A DNA stretch of 64,000 bases from Pavona decussata (GCA_977016875.1 CDRNST010000218.1:1364001-1428000), one strand, 5' to 3'. Positions 11,543-24,565 are shown, numbered from the stretch's first letter. Numbers and translations are program-made. Notes: generated by a model not told the origin, from the letters alone.

Positions 11543-11677
11543 TGTTATGTTATTTTTAATACAGTTTTAATACATGTGAAAGATCCCTACCAGTTCTAGT
11601 ATTCCAAAATTCCATGCCATTGTCATTTATGTAAACAAAACAGTACTTTTTTAGCTTTACCTCTTACGAGCCAAAAA

Positions 11678-12329
11678 TTAATGCTGTGGCACTCCATGCT
11701 AATTCCAAAAGCCATAATAGAAATTAACTGAGAGCACTTCTGAATTTTTGTTGTATCTGAATTTTAGTGGTTTGCTGTTGTCAACAATAACCTCACATCT
11801 CCCATTATTCTTGGTAGGTTTCTTTTTCAGCAGATCATCCTTGGCTATAAGTTCACCCTCAATGTTCATTTTCGTCAAAGATAAAAACAGCTTTATTTAT
11901 TCCTGTTACTTCCACATTAACCACAGCTGTAGTCTCCGTGTTCTGATGCCCGTAACTGTTTCTTTGTGCAATATGTTTTAAAAGAAAATAAAAAACCTAT
12001 CGCGGAATGTCGAGGGAAAATTCACCATTCCAAGGGTTTGTTAGATTGGGTGTTGGTCGAAGTCTATTGACAATCTTCGTATGGATCTTCTTTAGAGCAT
12101 TAATAACCATTCTTTGGGTCCCAACAAGTTGTTGAATTTCTTTGTTCCTCAATCGATCCACATATTTTTTCTCCAACATTCTTACTGCCGTCTCTACTTC
12201 ATGATAAAATCTGGATATGGAGCACATCGTAGCCGTACTTTCCGTTTGAGATAGATGATCGTGCATATTTCTGCGAAGAAAGCTGCTAATTTCCCGAGAA
12301 GGTGGGTCTCTTTCGAATAGTTCCGCCAT
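11678..12329 (-). pseudogene. Second, convergent orphan gene (~215 aa when repaired) of the CAC...GTG transposon
   Basis: ATG in AAGATGGCGG context 30 bp inside the right TIR. ORF MAELFERDPP...SLDIPR, then protein-like continuation RNSYGHQNTETTAVVNVEVTGINKAVFIFDE / NIEGELIAKDDLLKKK...PLKFRYNKNSEVLSVNFYYGFWN*HGVPQH, ending at TAA 11680-11678. Confidence 0.55.
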
Positions 12330-14711
12330 CTTGGTTTCTACCCATGACACACCGCGCGCCTCTGATGACCGATTTGAGGGGTGGTTTGGCCCCAGGGTGA
12401 ATCAATCTACCAGGCAGTGCAGATGGAGACATCAATGTCCGATGTACGTTATTTGTAGCAACAGCCGACTTGCCTGCGCGAGCTGACTTGATGAATATGA
12501 AATGTTATAATGGAAAATGCACTTGCCATCTTTGCAAGTCTGAAGGAGTTGGCTATGGGCCAAACAACATCCATAGATGCTGGCCTTTTGAAAAAACCCC
12601 GTGCAAAGGACTCATGAAGATCAAGTTAAATTTGCATCGAAGGCCACCATTAAGAAAGCGGTTATGGCAGTCAAGGGACATAGCATTTTCGTGAAGCTTT
12701 CGTATCAATTTAATTTAGTACGTTCATTTGGAATCGATTGGATGCACTCTGTTTGTCTTGGAGTTGTGAAGTACATTATGCATCAACAAATGTCCAATGG
12801 AAACAAGGACAAGGTCTTTTTATATAGGGACAAACATTTCGTCTATGTCCCGCAAACTTCTTTCGATAAAGTCGCCAGACATTGTAGGGAGATTGCCCAG
12901 ATCATTAGAAGATCTTAAACATATGAAAGCAACAGAACTCAAAAACTGGCTACTGCATTATTCTGTGCCAGTTATCTTCAAAATCCTAAATTCCTTGTAT
13001 ATTTTTCACTGGTCTCTTCTTGTTGGAGCAATTGGAATCTTGTGTTCCGATTCAATATCGAGCGCAGATCTTGAAGAGGCAGACGGCATGCTACAAGACT
13101 TTGTTCTTTTAATGGGAATACTGTATGCGCCAACACAATGCCCATTTATGCCTGAATGCTTTTATCAAACCACTTGTTCATGAAACGCAACACGCTATGG
13201 AACAAATTGGATGTGCAATAAATTGGTCTTTGTTTCCGCCTTTCTAATTTTACAAAAAAAAATTTGCAAGATAATGACATTCCCAAGGACAGCAAAACGC
13301 TGTTGCGAAGTCTTACTGGTTATTCTAAAAGTTCTCACAAAGTGTCTGCCAAAATACAAGGGGGCTACTTAAGTAGAAAAGACGGCAATGTACAGACTTT
13401 GGTAAGGGTCATCGTAATGGCAAACAAGTTGCCCACAGATTATGAACTTGAACCTTATCGCAGATTTGAGGGTAATGACGGACAGAAATTTTATTCTTTG
13501 GGCACGAAAACACGTAAAACTGACTCAACTGTAATTGAATATACAGACAAAAAAATAAGCTTTGTTATGGCAGGGTAGCTTTGTTATGGCAGAGTGACAC
13601 TGTTTTGAAAGATACATGATTTTGGACTTTGCATTGGCAAATGAACTGGAGGATAACTCTGACCCATTACCATTTTTTAATGAGCAAGAGTGCACTGAAA
13701 CCCTACAGTCATTAACAAACAATAAGAAGAACAAAGATATCATGCATGATGTTTTAAGATAGTATCGCAATAAATGCCTTGTGAAACATCACGTGCACAT
13801 CGAACCAGGGTCCGGAAGGCCATTTGTTATCCATGGAGCAGATAAGATGTAAATGTGCCTTCATTGATATTCTGCCTAACAATGCGTGGAAGATTTCTCG
13901 TTTTCCCAATGTAAATGAACATAACCAAAACCTGTGCAAACATCAATTTTCTGGTTTATAGATGTAAAATGTCTGAGAGCGTTACAGTCACTGCTGCTGC
14001 TGTTCTAAATTAAATGATATTGTATAACTGGAATGTGAAGGTAACTCTGTATAATGTCCTAATCAAGTGAAACTTTGACTCTGTTCTTTTTGGACTTAAA
14101 CTGAATTGATTCTTCGTAAACCAAAGCTTGTTCCGAGTGCATATGTAATTAAATATTATTTGCCATGAAATCAACCCCAAAGTGATCACATTGGTTATAG
14201 CTCGGCAACAGTTGTTTTTTTCCGAGCATCAGATGCCGGTTCGCGACATTATCTTAAGCACGTAATGGGCTGGGTGATGAATTCATACAAAAGAAGAATT
14301 TGCTTAGAAGCTTTGATCATTCTTGCCGTTCTATCAGTCAAGATTTTCTCAATCGTGCAAATATGCGATCCCTAGAGGGCAAAGAAATAGCGTGTAAACA
14401 GGCCTGTGCAATAAAAGCGCAGGCCTGTCTCATTGGGCCGATAAATTTGCGGGACACAATTCTATTCACTTTCGAACATACTTGAACAAAAAATGTTGTT
14501 ATAATTTTCCGTTTCTGTCCTTCTGAAAGTGATAACAAGTCCGATCAATCAGACCGCGATATGTGATCACACCTTCACTGATGAAAAAGAGCGTGATCAC
14601 TCCAATCAGGCATACAAAACGCCTTCCTTTTTCGTGATCATGCCAAAAGGCATAAAACAAAGCGTGATCACGGGTGTGATTTGTGATCACAGAATATCAC
14701 AAAATATTTTT

Positions 14712-15645
14712 ACTGAGGAGGTAATGGAAGACATGGAAGACGCCCTTGGAGCACTGGATGACAAAATGAGCATGACGATGTCTAGAATAGAGCAGCGCCT
14801 AGACACTTTGGAAAATATGGTGAGATAGCAATCTTATTTGTTGTACATGTTAAAAGGTTATTGGTTTGACCTCAGTTGCTTAAAACCTAGTTAAAAAAGC
14901 GGCCTTGGTTGGATTCCGACTGAACTGTTTACGTAAGAACACGTAGTGAACAAATTCCTTGAATTAAGACAGAAAACACAGTGCAAGCTTTCCGAAATTA
15001 CAAAAATTGTATTCAGATAATCCTTTCATTTCTCAAGGTACAAAATTTTTCATGCGAATTGTGCATCATAAAAAATCTCAGGCAGTGAAGTAACATTCAA
15101 ACATACTGATTTGGAATGTTGCTGCGCCCTGACATTTTTGTTATATGAACTTTACTTATTCGCTTATTTTTATGACCGCTTTACAGATTTGTGGAATGGT
15201 AAATGATCCTTCAACACAAATCAGACAGAAACAGTATGAAATGCGCGAGGACCTCGCAACCATTGATGTAGACAGCTCCACGAAACTAAGTGATGACAAT
15301 GCCACTCCTTTGGCCAGCCCAACACCGTGCAACCTGCTCTAACACCGGCCACCCCGTTAGCTGCCTCAGTGACACCAGCCGCTCCGTTAGCTGCCTCGGT
15401 AACACCAGCTACTCCGTGCGTCACAGACATCAGTGAGGTCTCCATTGGTGAAGAAATTATCTGCCCTGCGTGACTCCAAGCAAAGTAAAGGAAGTGGAGG
15501 CAATGCTGAAAGTGGAGAAGAAAAGGCACCTTTGCACTCTAAAGCTTTTGCATTTTTTTCTCAAAAGAAGAGCTGAGTATGAGTAATACATAAAGAACCC
15601 ATGGAAAACAAAGCTTGGATAGAAACAAACTGAACAGTTTGAAAG
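14712..15645 (+). pseudogene. Coiled-coil + BEN-domain gene fragment (likely CACTA accessory gene), truncated by the BEL LTR
   Basis: Exon EEVMEDMEDALGALDDKM...RLDTLENM then GTGAG donor. Acceptor TTTACAG at 15187. 30-bp TPAxPLAASV repeats. BEN-like ALKLLHFFSKEELSMSN...HGKQSLDRNKLNSLK. Confidence 0.55.
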
Positions 15646-16073
15646 TGTTGCGGCGGCATTCTTCATGAATGAACTCTTTTGTTTTGGAACATTTTTTTGT
15701 GTGTCACGCTTGCATGTCGTTTTCATTATTATTTTGTTAGTTTTTTCTGCATAACTTTGTCTATTGTTCCTTAGTTCATTAGTATAAATTCGCGTCTTTG
15801 CTTTTTATTCACTCTCATTTTTGCGCTTTGGAGAATACTGTTTTAGGTTTTGCGTTTTTTCCTACATCGCGTCGTCTGTCCGTTTTAAAGGCCATATAAC
15901 GTTTGTAAGTATTATTTTTTGGCTTGTCATTTCTGCTTAGTTTGTTATTTCTATATTCTTGTGTTTTGGTTCGTCCTTTTGCTGAAGTAACTTGTATATT
16001 CCTTGTTTATTTCTCTAGCAACGGTATCGATTATTGCTTTGGCATCAACCTTTACCGCATCGGATATTTGACA
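15646..16073 (+). repeat. 5' LTR of BEL/Pao element 1
   Basis: TGTTGC... to ...TTTGACA, T-rich, directly upstream of gag. No matching 3' LTR in the window, so the right boundary is inferred. Confidence 0.6.
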
Positions 16074-16091
16074 TTAAAGAAGTTAAGAAAC

Positions 16092-16378
16092 GCGTTGGAG
16101 CAATGGTTTTTGGCCCCTTCATTCGTTGAAACGTTAAATTTCATTATAATGGAAGTCAGGAGCCATTATGGACAAACTTACGAGGAGGAGCATCAGTCGA
16201 AGGAGATTACTGCTGGTATGGTTCAAAGTGCGAAATGCGTTGGAGCAATGGTTTTTGGCCCCTTCATTCGTTGAAACGTTAAATTTGATTATAATGGAAG
16301 TCGGGAGCCATTACGGACAAACTTATGAGGACGAGCATCAGTCGAAGGAGATTACTGCTGGTACAGTTCAAAGTGCGA
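16092..16378 (+). repeat. 145-bp tandem duplication in the BEL leader
   Basis: GCGTTGGAGCAATGGTTTTTGGCCCCTTCATTCGTTGAAACG... occurs at 16092 and 16237. Confidence 0.9.
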
Positions 16379-17818
16379 GGCCAGAGCGACGCTTAGAGAA
16401 AGGATCGGCCTATGTCACTCGACTTCGATGGATGGATTGTTATTCGCTGCAATGAAAGGTTAAACAGCAGATTGAGCGAGTTACTGAGAAGACTGCAAAT
16501 ACGGACGATGTAAATTCTGTTGAAAATGAGTTATCCGCGTTTCGCGCCACCAGCGAAGAGCTGAAGAAGGTGGTCGCAGCCCTTACGGTTGACCTTGGAA
16601 ACGATGAAGATGTCAACGCAGCTAGTGACTGGTACGTTAAACAAAGGACCGAGATGATTGATTTTATCGAACAAACAGAACGGTGGATTTCTTCCGCGAA
16701 GGAGAAAATAGAAAACAGCTTGGATAGCCGATCAAATTGTTCAAATCTTACTGGCTCGTCTCGCATCACAAAAGGATCATCGGCTAAGTCATCAATTGCG
16801 TCCTGTCGGGCGAAAGAAAGAGGCAAGACTGCCGAACTCATGGCGAAATTTGCGATGTTAGAGAGTAGACAAGAATAAGAGAAAAGAGCTGAGCATTTAC
16901 ATCTGGAAGAGCAGCTAGCAGTGGCTCAAGTGCGCGAAAGGGCGTATGCTGAATTTGAAGACTGTGATTCAAGCTTTGAGAGGAAGTTGTCTGATGCAAC
17001 CATTCATCCACCGCCAACAGCCATGCAGGATCCACAGGTCAATCTACTTCCTCGCTTGAATCCTCCGCCCGTACCTCACTCGTATCACTTGCCTGTGCAA
17101 TTAGAACCAGTTGCAGCGCAATGCTCATGGCCGAACACGTTGGCTCCAGAGTTTAAAGTAAAGCGTAGTGAAAACCAGAACATTCCCAAAGGCTTCCAAG
17201 AAGTTCTCAGCCAACAAAATCGATTAACAGAGTTCTTGGTTGAACAGCAACAGCAGACCCTTCTGCCTACATTAACCATTTCCAAGTCCACCGGCAACCC
17301 CCTCGATTTCTTCACGTTTGTCAGGACCTTTGAATCGCAAATTGAGAGTAAACTGAAGTCAAACAATGTCCGCCTATGTTATTTGGAGCAGTACGTTGAA
17401 GGAGAGCCGAAAGAGCTGATTAAAGGATGCCTCCACCTGGAAGGACAAAATGGTTATACCGAGGCTATGAAGCTTTTGGTAGAAAAGTATGGAGATCCGT
17501 ACAAAATCTCGAACGCTTACATTAAGAAGATTGAAGATTGGCCTTATGTTAAACAAGGAGATGATCAAGCGTTAGCCTGCTTCGCAACGTTTCTTACTCA
17601 GTGTCTGAACTTAAGTTTCTCTCGACTCTGGATCATCCCCACAACATTCAGACTATGGTTAAAAAGCTTCCGCTGCCACTCCAGGACAGATGGCGCAGAG
17701 AAGCAAGTAAGCTCCGAGCGACAAGAAATATCATTCCCATGTTTGCTACCTTTGTGGAATTTGTCAAGACTGAAGCAGGAATTGCAATGGATCCTGCGTA
17801 TTCACGAGAAGAGCTTAA

Positions 17819-19073
17819 GGACGTTTGCGCTAAAATGTTTTAACATTGATTTTTTTTCAAACTTCTGCTGCAGTTAGTCTATGAATTACTTACTTCTGAA
17901 ATGCAAAAAAAAATGGGGGTCACCGACTTCGTTTTGGAGATATGACATCTGCAAGTTTGCGCTTATTTTGAGAAATCGGTCCTTGTCACTCGATATGACC
18001 TCACCGGTTGTTGATGCAAAATGTTTATAAACGAATCGCTCGAGACAAACTTTCATTGCCGAAGTTTATTTCAGAGGATCTATTAAACAAATAAATTCCA
18101 CTTTTATTATCCCTAAAGCTACAACTAATCTTTAATAATTGTATTTCCACCCCAGAAGTGGCACAAAATGTACAGAGTTCGATCGCGCGTGGGTAGATAA
18201 ATTAAAAAAAAAAACAACTTCCCACATTGATTTTTCTTTCGTTTGATGACAGTAAGCAGATATCGGTCAAAGAAGGTTAACCGTCTAAAAAAAATTGGGG
18301 GTCACCAACCTTTTAAAAATGCAAAATCCAGTTGAAGTTGTCGAAGACGTGAAAAACTTACGGAAGTCACGTTTTTGCGTGACAGGTCGGAGAAGCACTG
18401 GCACCTAAACAGGGTTATCTATCCCATAATTCACAGCTCAATGGTTGCTCGATCGAGTCAATTGTTTTCGTTCGACTGTGCTGTCAAACCTCTGTTCGTT
18501 TAAGTTGTTTATGGTTATTCTACCTTCAAAACTTAAACAGCTGTTTAGCCAATGACAGCAAAATGCATGTATAGCCGTGAGGGAGGCGAAAATGTGAGAA
18601 GTAAGCTTATTTATTTACCTAGAATAGGTATGTGGAGATTGATTGTACACGGGATTGGTGATCAATAAAATTGCTTTCTTGTATAAGGGTAAGACTTTCT
18701 CGTTTACTGTCAAAACTTAAAAAAGCTTAAAGGTGACTTCGTTTGACGAATAGACTAAATAAAGTATTGCATTTCAATTATTTTATTATATCGAGAGTCA
18801 AGTAAATTTATTAATCTCTTGGCGCGAAATACCCGCAGGTATGGACTTTTTGTTGCAACCTTAACCCGTCTAATCGTTTCACGTCGATTTTTCGTTTCAA
18901 AACTGTGCAACGGAGATGAATTTCCCCCTTTATAATGCTGTCACGTTGGCTGACATGTGTGTTTACCTTCGTCTTCCTCCGTGTATCGTCAACCATGAAT
19001 TGCGCGTGACATTCCTTGGCGTGTGCGTTACCTGCACGCTAAAGATACGCATAAACAATTAGCACGAACGTCC
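17819..19073. mobile_element. Kolobok-like non-autonomous DNA transposon, TTAA TSD, inserted in BEL gag
   Basis: TTAA-GGACGTTTGCGCTA ... TAGCACGAACGTCC-TTAA. Excision restores gag EEL-NRQDTSDR in frame. Confidence 0.9.
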
Positions 19074-22000
19074 TTAATCGTCAAGATACCTCAGATCGCC
19101 CTGGTCGTTTAAACAAAGGGAAAAACACTCAAGCCGAAAATCGGAGAGTGCTCACGCGCGACAACTCATGTATCCAGTCACGCGACGGCGATAACTGCCA
19201 CACCCGAAGCTAAAGGGCTTGGCCTAGTCAACTCGAGTAAGATGTGTGGAAAGACTCATGACCTTGATGACTGTAAAGAGTACTTAAAGAAGACCTTGAA
19301 AGAGAGGAGAGAATTCCACAAGGACAAAGACTTGTGCTTTGCATGTTACCAAGCTGGCCATAGGTCAAGCGGATGTGCTCAGAGGAATACCTGTAAAACA
19401 TGCTTCAGACCTCATCCTACCGGGCTTCACGGTGATAACTTCCGTCTCAATCAATTAGCAACCAAGAAACAGAATCTGTGATCAGAAAAATCTACAGATG
19501 TCCTCACTGCTACCCATGTTGAAACAGAGGAGGCTGTTTGCAGCGCTGTCGGCTCAGGGAACCCAATTACTGCCTTGCCTATTGTTCCTGTCAGATTAAA
19601 AGCAGCCGGGAAAGAAGTCCTAACGTATGCCATGCTCGACAGCTGTAGCACTGGTACTTTCTTGCTTGAAGACATAGCTGCTTGCTTAGATGGAAAGGGT
19701 ACCAATACGAAGCTAATGGTGAAGACAGTAAACGGCACTCAGTTACACAATACTAAGGCACTGAACGGTTTGATCGTTACGGACCTCAATGGTGAAAACC
19801 CCATTGATTTGCCGAAGACCTTTACTAAAGAAGACATTTCTGCGATAGACGTGGATGTGCCTGCACCTGAACTCGCCCATAAGTGGAAACAACTTGAAAG
19901 AATAGCAGACTGTATGCCTTCTAAGCTTCATGGTGCGAAAGTTGGTCTTTTCATTGGATCGAATTGTCCAAAAGCCCTTGAACCGATAGACATTGTTGCC
20001 AGTGAAAATGGCGGCCCTTATGCAATAAACACCTTTGCTGGATGGGCGATAGTAGGACCTTTGAATTTGAACAAGAAAGACCATCAAACAGTTAACTGCA
20101 ATAGAATAGCCGTTGTAGAGATGGGATCAGAGAAACCCCTAGACCATCACTTCGCTGTAGAAAATAAGGTCAAAGAAATTGTCACGCCGCAAGCATTAAT
20201 CAGGATGTTTGAATTGGACTTTCCCTAAAGATCTGACGAGAGAGCCCACCAGTACTCGCAAGAAGATAAGAAATTTCTTGAGATTGTGAATAAAGGCATT
20301 AAGCTTACTGATGATGGCCATTACGAAATACCTCTACCCTTCCGCTCTAAAGACGTACACCTACCTGACAACAAGGAGCAAGTGTTCCAAAGAGCATGCT
20401 GGCTGAAGAGAAAACTGACAAGAAATAAGAAATTTCACGAAGATTATGTCAATTCCATGAATGACATCATCCGAAAAGGATTTGCCAGAAAAGTGCCACC
20501 AGATTACGTTCCCGCCAGGTCAGGGCAAGTGTGGTACATACCCCATCACGATTATACCATCCCAAAAAGCCAGACAAGATCAGAGTCGTTTTTGACTGCA
20601 GCGCACGTTATGGAGGAACATCACTGAACGACCAACTCATGCAAGGACCGGACCTAACGAGTCGCCTTGTCGAATTCATGGGAGACATTGATGCTATGTT
20701 TCACCAGGTTTGAGTACCCAACAATCAAAGAGATTTTCTCCGATTCTTCTGGTGGCCTGATGGTCTTCTCGACGAGGCCCCTGCAGAATACCAGATGAAT
20801 GTTCATCTTTTTGGAGCACTATCTTCCCCAAGTTGTTCCAACTTCGCTTTAAGACAAGCCGCAGATGATGCTGAGAAACATGTTGGTTTGGAAACAGCTG
20901 ACATTTTGAGCAATAACTTTACGTGGATGACTGTCTCCGATCGGAGGATTTAGAAGAAACAGCTATTGAAAGATTACGTGGTGTTCGTTCTGCGTGTTCT
21001 CTTGGAGAATTTAACCTATCCAAGATTGTCAGCAGCAGAAGAAATGTATTGATGAGCGTGCCACATGACATTCGCGCACACGATTTAAGGACTTTGGACC
21101 TAAGTTGCTACTTCCTTCCAGTTGAAAGGGCCCTTGGTGTACAGTGGGCTATTGAATCGGATACACTAGGGTTCCAGATAATCCTTAAAGACAAGTCGCT
21201 GACTCGCCATGGTATTTTATCCACCATCTGTTCAGTGTATGAACCCCTCGGAATAGCAGCGCCTTTTCTATTGAACAGAAAGAAGATTTTGCAAGACCTT
21301 TGCCGCATGAAGATAGACTGGGATGAAGAGATTGACCTCGAGTTTCGTACACGTTGGGAAAAGTGGAAAAGCCAACTATCAGCATTAGAAGACTTCTCAA
21401 TGGACCGTTGTGTCATCCTGGATGGTAATGGTTCTGTCGTGTTGAGGCAAATCCACCATTTCTCAGACGCTAGTGCCACTGGTTATGGTCAGGTGACGTA
21501 TCTGCGAAGTGTAGACGACCAAGGTAACATCCATTATCCAATGGAGGCATGTGGACTCCGAAAATAATTCGGCTGATGACGCAGCGCGTGGTTTGGAGGG
21601 CAATCAGATAACTAAACGACATCGATGGGTCAGAGGTCCAGATTTTTTGTGGTATCCCGAGGGTGAATGGCCTAGGTTTCCTTGCGATTTAGACGCAGTC
21701 CTTACCGATGATCCTGAAGTAAAGAAAGTTGTAACACATGCCACCGTTTCTGATGAAAAGGAGGAAATCTTGACCAGGTTCACGCGTTTCTCAAATTGGA
21801 ACCGCATGAAACGATGCGTGGCCCGGATACTTCACCTCAAGCAGTTTTTAGCTCATGTTCAAGCGCCGTTGGAAACACACAGAGCAGAAAAATTGAGCAG
21901 CCAACCCTTGAAAGTTGAGGAATTACAACGCGCCGAAGAAATCATACTCAAATTGGTACAAGGATGTGCGTTTCCTAAAGAATGTGAAGCCCTGCGCAAG

Positions 22001-23394
22001 ATTCAAGGAGAAGAGCATCAGAAGAATCGCGACCTCGTGAGAGTCAAGAAAGCGGAAATCAAGAAAACTAGTACATTATATTGCTTTGATCCTTTTCTTG
22101 ACCAGAATGGCCTGTTGCGCGTCGGAGGCAGATTCAGCAGATCGCAAGTCTTTCCCAATAATTTCAAGTATCCCATCATCCTCCCCAAGAAGAGTTTCGT
22201 GGTAGATCTGATCGTTAGAGATGCACATGAGAATGTTGCGCATTCTGGTCGCGGCATCACTTTAGGCACGCTTAGAAATCGATATTGGATCATAAACACC
22301 AATTCTGTTGTGAGGCACTTCATTTCCAAATGCGTGACTTGTTGGCGGCTTCGTGGTGTAGTTGGTGAGCAAGGGATGACCGATCTTCCCAAAGAAAGGA
22401 TTGCCCCAGCACCTCCATTCACTTACTGTGGCGTCGACTACTTTAGCCCATTCTACATTAAAGAGGGAAGAAAGGAATTGAAGCGTTATGATGCGTTATT
22501 TACCTGTTTATCTAGTCGAGCTGTACATATAGAGACAGCGAACTCCCTGGAAACAGATTCCTTTCTAAATGCCTTGCGACATTCTATAGCAAGAAGAGGG
22601 CCTGTACGTGAAATCAGATCCGATCAAGGAACAAATATTACCGGAGCAGAGAAAGAATTGCAAAGAGCGTTATCAGAGATGGACAACAACGCAATCCAGA
22701 GAGGTTTATGCACGGAATTCAAAGCTGATTGGGTGCAATGGAAGCAAAACCCACCGTCTGCGTCACATATGGGTGGCGTCTGGGAATGACAAATACACTC
22801 AGTCCGCTCAATCCTCACCGCCTTAATGTGAGAACATGGTCGTAACCTTGACGACGAATCGTTTCGAACTCTGATGGCAGAAGTAGAGTGTATTATAAAC
22901 AGCAGACCTCTCACCACTCCTTCCAGTGATCCAGGAGATCTAGACCCACTAACACCGAATCACACCCTGACGATGAAGTCTAAAGTCGTACTACCCCCTC
23001 CTGGTAACTTCTACAAAGAAGATGTTTATCTGCGCAAAAGATGGAAGAGGGTCCAGTACCTTGCAAACGTATTTTGGTCAAGATGAAGAAGAGAATAAGT
23101 TCAATGCCTTCAGCAAAGATCAAAATGGAATTGTCCCAGGAGAAACTTTGAAAAGGGAGACCTGGTCCTGATCGTTGATGACCGTGTAGCACAGAACCAT
23201 TGGCCTTTGGCCCGTATTGTCGACACTTACCCTGACGAAGAAGGATATGTACGGTCGGTCAAGGTTACCACAGGAGCAACTTTCCTTGATCGCCCAGTTG
23301 AGAAGCTTATCCTGATACTTGAGAAAGACGTATAGACCGGGTGTTTGAATCCCAGCCTGAGGAGCCATGTTGATTTCAGAGAACTGAGAACTAT

Positions 23395-23668
23395 CAAGGG
23401 GCGCAGTGGGACAAGGTCAACTATCCTGGGACGATCTCAGTGAGGTGCTCCTGGACGTTGAGATAGTACTGAACAACCGCCCCCCTAAGTTAAATAGAAG
23501 ACGACATACAGCTACCCACGCTGACGCCGAACGCCATGTTGTTCATCAAGTCCAACATTTTGCCACAACTGCAATTGTATCATCTGACAGAAAAGGACCT
23601 CAGGAAACGAGCGAAATTCCTTCAAAGGAGTAAAGATGCGATGTGGCACCGTTGGTCCTCTGAATATT
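23395..23668 (+). mobile_element. Integrase C-terminal fragment of a different BEL/Pao element
   Basis: GQLSWDDLSEVLLDVEIVLNNRP...LTPNAML...LRKRAKFLQRSKDAMWHRWSSEYL. Confidence 0.8.
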
Positions 23669-24339
23669 TACTAGTAGTAATCGAAGATTAGGGAAGTGCG
23701 TTCGGCATTTCAAAGGGGAAATATTGTTTTTTGGTTATTGGGATAGATGAATATGCCTATGGTATGTTGTCAAATAAAGGGTTATGGTGTATTGTGAAAC
23801 CTGTACTTACTCTGTGTATGGAAAGATTTTAAAGGCTAGCTATATCGTATGGTTTTTGAGGAGGCAGTCGTGGCAGTCCATCGGGTGTGTACATCTACAA
23901 GTTTTACTGTAGTTGGTGTGGGAGTTAAGTGTTAGTAAGTAGTAAGAGAAAAGTTGAAAATGTGTTTAAATGTAAGCATTAATTTTATTTAAATCTTTTT
24001 TATTAAACAATTTTGAAAATGTGGACTACTTCTGAAATTTAGTGTAAAATGAAACAGAAACTGTAAAGCTTTTATAACATGTATTTATAGATCTAACACC
24101 ACATTTTCTGTGTTGTATGGGCATGATAAAATGTGTTTTTCTATTTAGAAATAGTTATCATAAAAAAGGAAATTAATTATAAAAAAACAACAGCAAAATG
24201 TATATTTCTTCTTAAAGATAGTTATCATAATAAAAAAAAAACATCAACTGTTACTTCTGTAACTGAACTGAACATTCTGAATTGAAAATAGGTCCTTTTT
24301 CTGTTAAAGTTTGATAACATTGAGCTTTTTGGAGGGTTG

Positions 24340-24565
24340 AAACTGCTCATTTCGAAAGTCAACATTTAAACAATATTTCTCAAAGAGCTTCAAGTGAAAG
24401 TTCTATCAGCTTATGAGAAGCAGTGTCATAAGTAATGCAGAAGCTTTTTGAAGGGTTCAAACAGCTCATTTCCAAAGTCAACATTTCAATAATGTTTCCC
24501 AAGTAGCCTCAAGTGAAACTTCTATCAGTTTATTAGAGGCAGTGTCATAAGTAATGCAGAAGCTG
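24340..24565. repeat. ~119-bp tandem duplication of the C-terminal coding end of the RPA-like gene
   Basis: AAACWGCTCATTTC.AAAGTCAACATTT...CAGTGTCATAAGTAATGCAGAAGCT occurs twice. Confidence 0.8.

Larger units (their letters stand above)
5536..12399 (+). mobile_element. 6864-bp DNA transposon with CAC...GTG termini, 40-bp TIRs and 3-bp TSD (AAT); Chapaev/Transib/RAG-fold group
   Basis: Left CACGGCGGGGCCAAACCACCCCTCAAATCGGTCATCAGAG (5536-5575) matches the reverse complement of 12360-12399, CACCCTGGGGCCAAACC...CAGAG, at 37/40. AAT at 5533-5535 and 12400-12402. Host frame is restored on excision. Confidence 0.92.
5240..13930 (+). pseudogene. EnSpm/CACTA transposase pseudogene, interrupted at 5536-12399
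   Basis: Left part: NISFTINTDG...VYIMTKELPKEHRF...FLNPLVEKL. Right part: TADLPARADLMNMKCYNGKCTCHLC, IDWMHSVCLGVVK, RLPRSLEDLKHMKATELKNWLLHYS. Removing the insert and one AAT restores the frame TG-INLPGSADGDINVRC. Confidence 0.9.
15646..23390 (+). mobile_element. BEL/Pao LTR retrotransposon 1 (gag-PR-RT-RH-IN), decayed, 3' LTR lost
   Basis: DUF1759-like gag (LEQYVEGEPKELIKGC), CCHC knuckles 19242-19440, protease YAMLDSCS, RT WYIPHH/KIRVVFD/YVDD, HHFSDAS RNase H (partly deleted near 21540), integrase GVDYF...SDQGTN...HMGGVWE, stop at ~23333. Confidence 0.95.

Noticed and set aside
5536-12399. Bona fide ProtoRAG (RAG1L-RAG2L) transposon
   Set aside because: The TSD is 3 bp rather than 5 bp, the TIRs are symmetric with no heptamer/nonamer asymmetry, no RING/ZnC2/ZnH2 motifs are visible, and the partner gene is short with no kelch/PHD signature.
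23774-23783. ATAAAGGGTT matching the flank of the MULE terminus at 60654 (possible TSD of a giant element)
   Set aside because: It is not followed by any GGATCCTTTCG TIR, and a 10-mer match is plausible by chance in 64 kb of AT-rich DNA.
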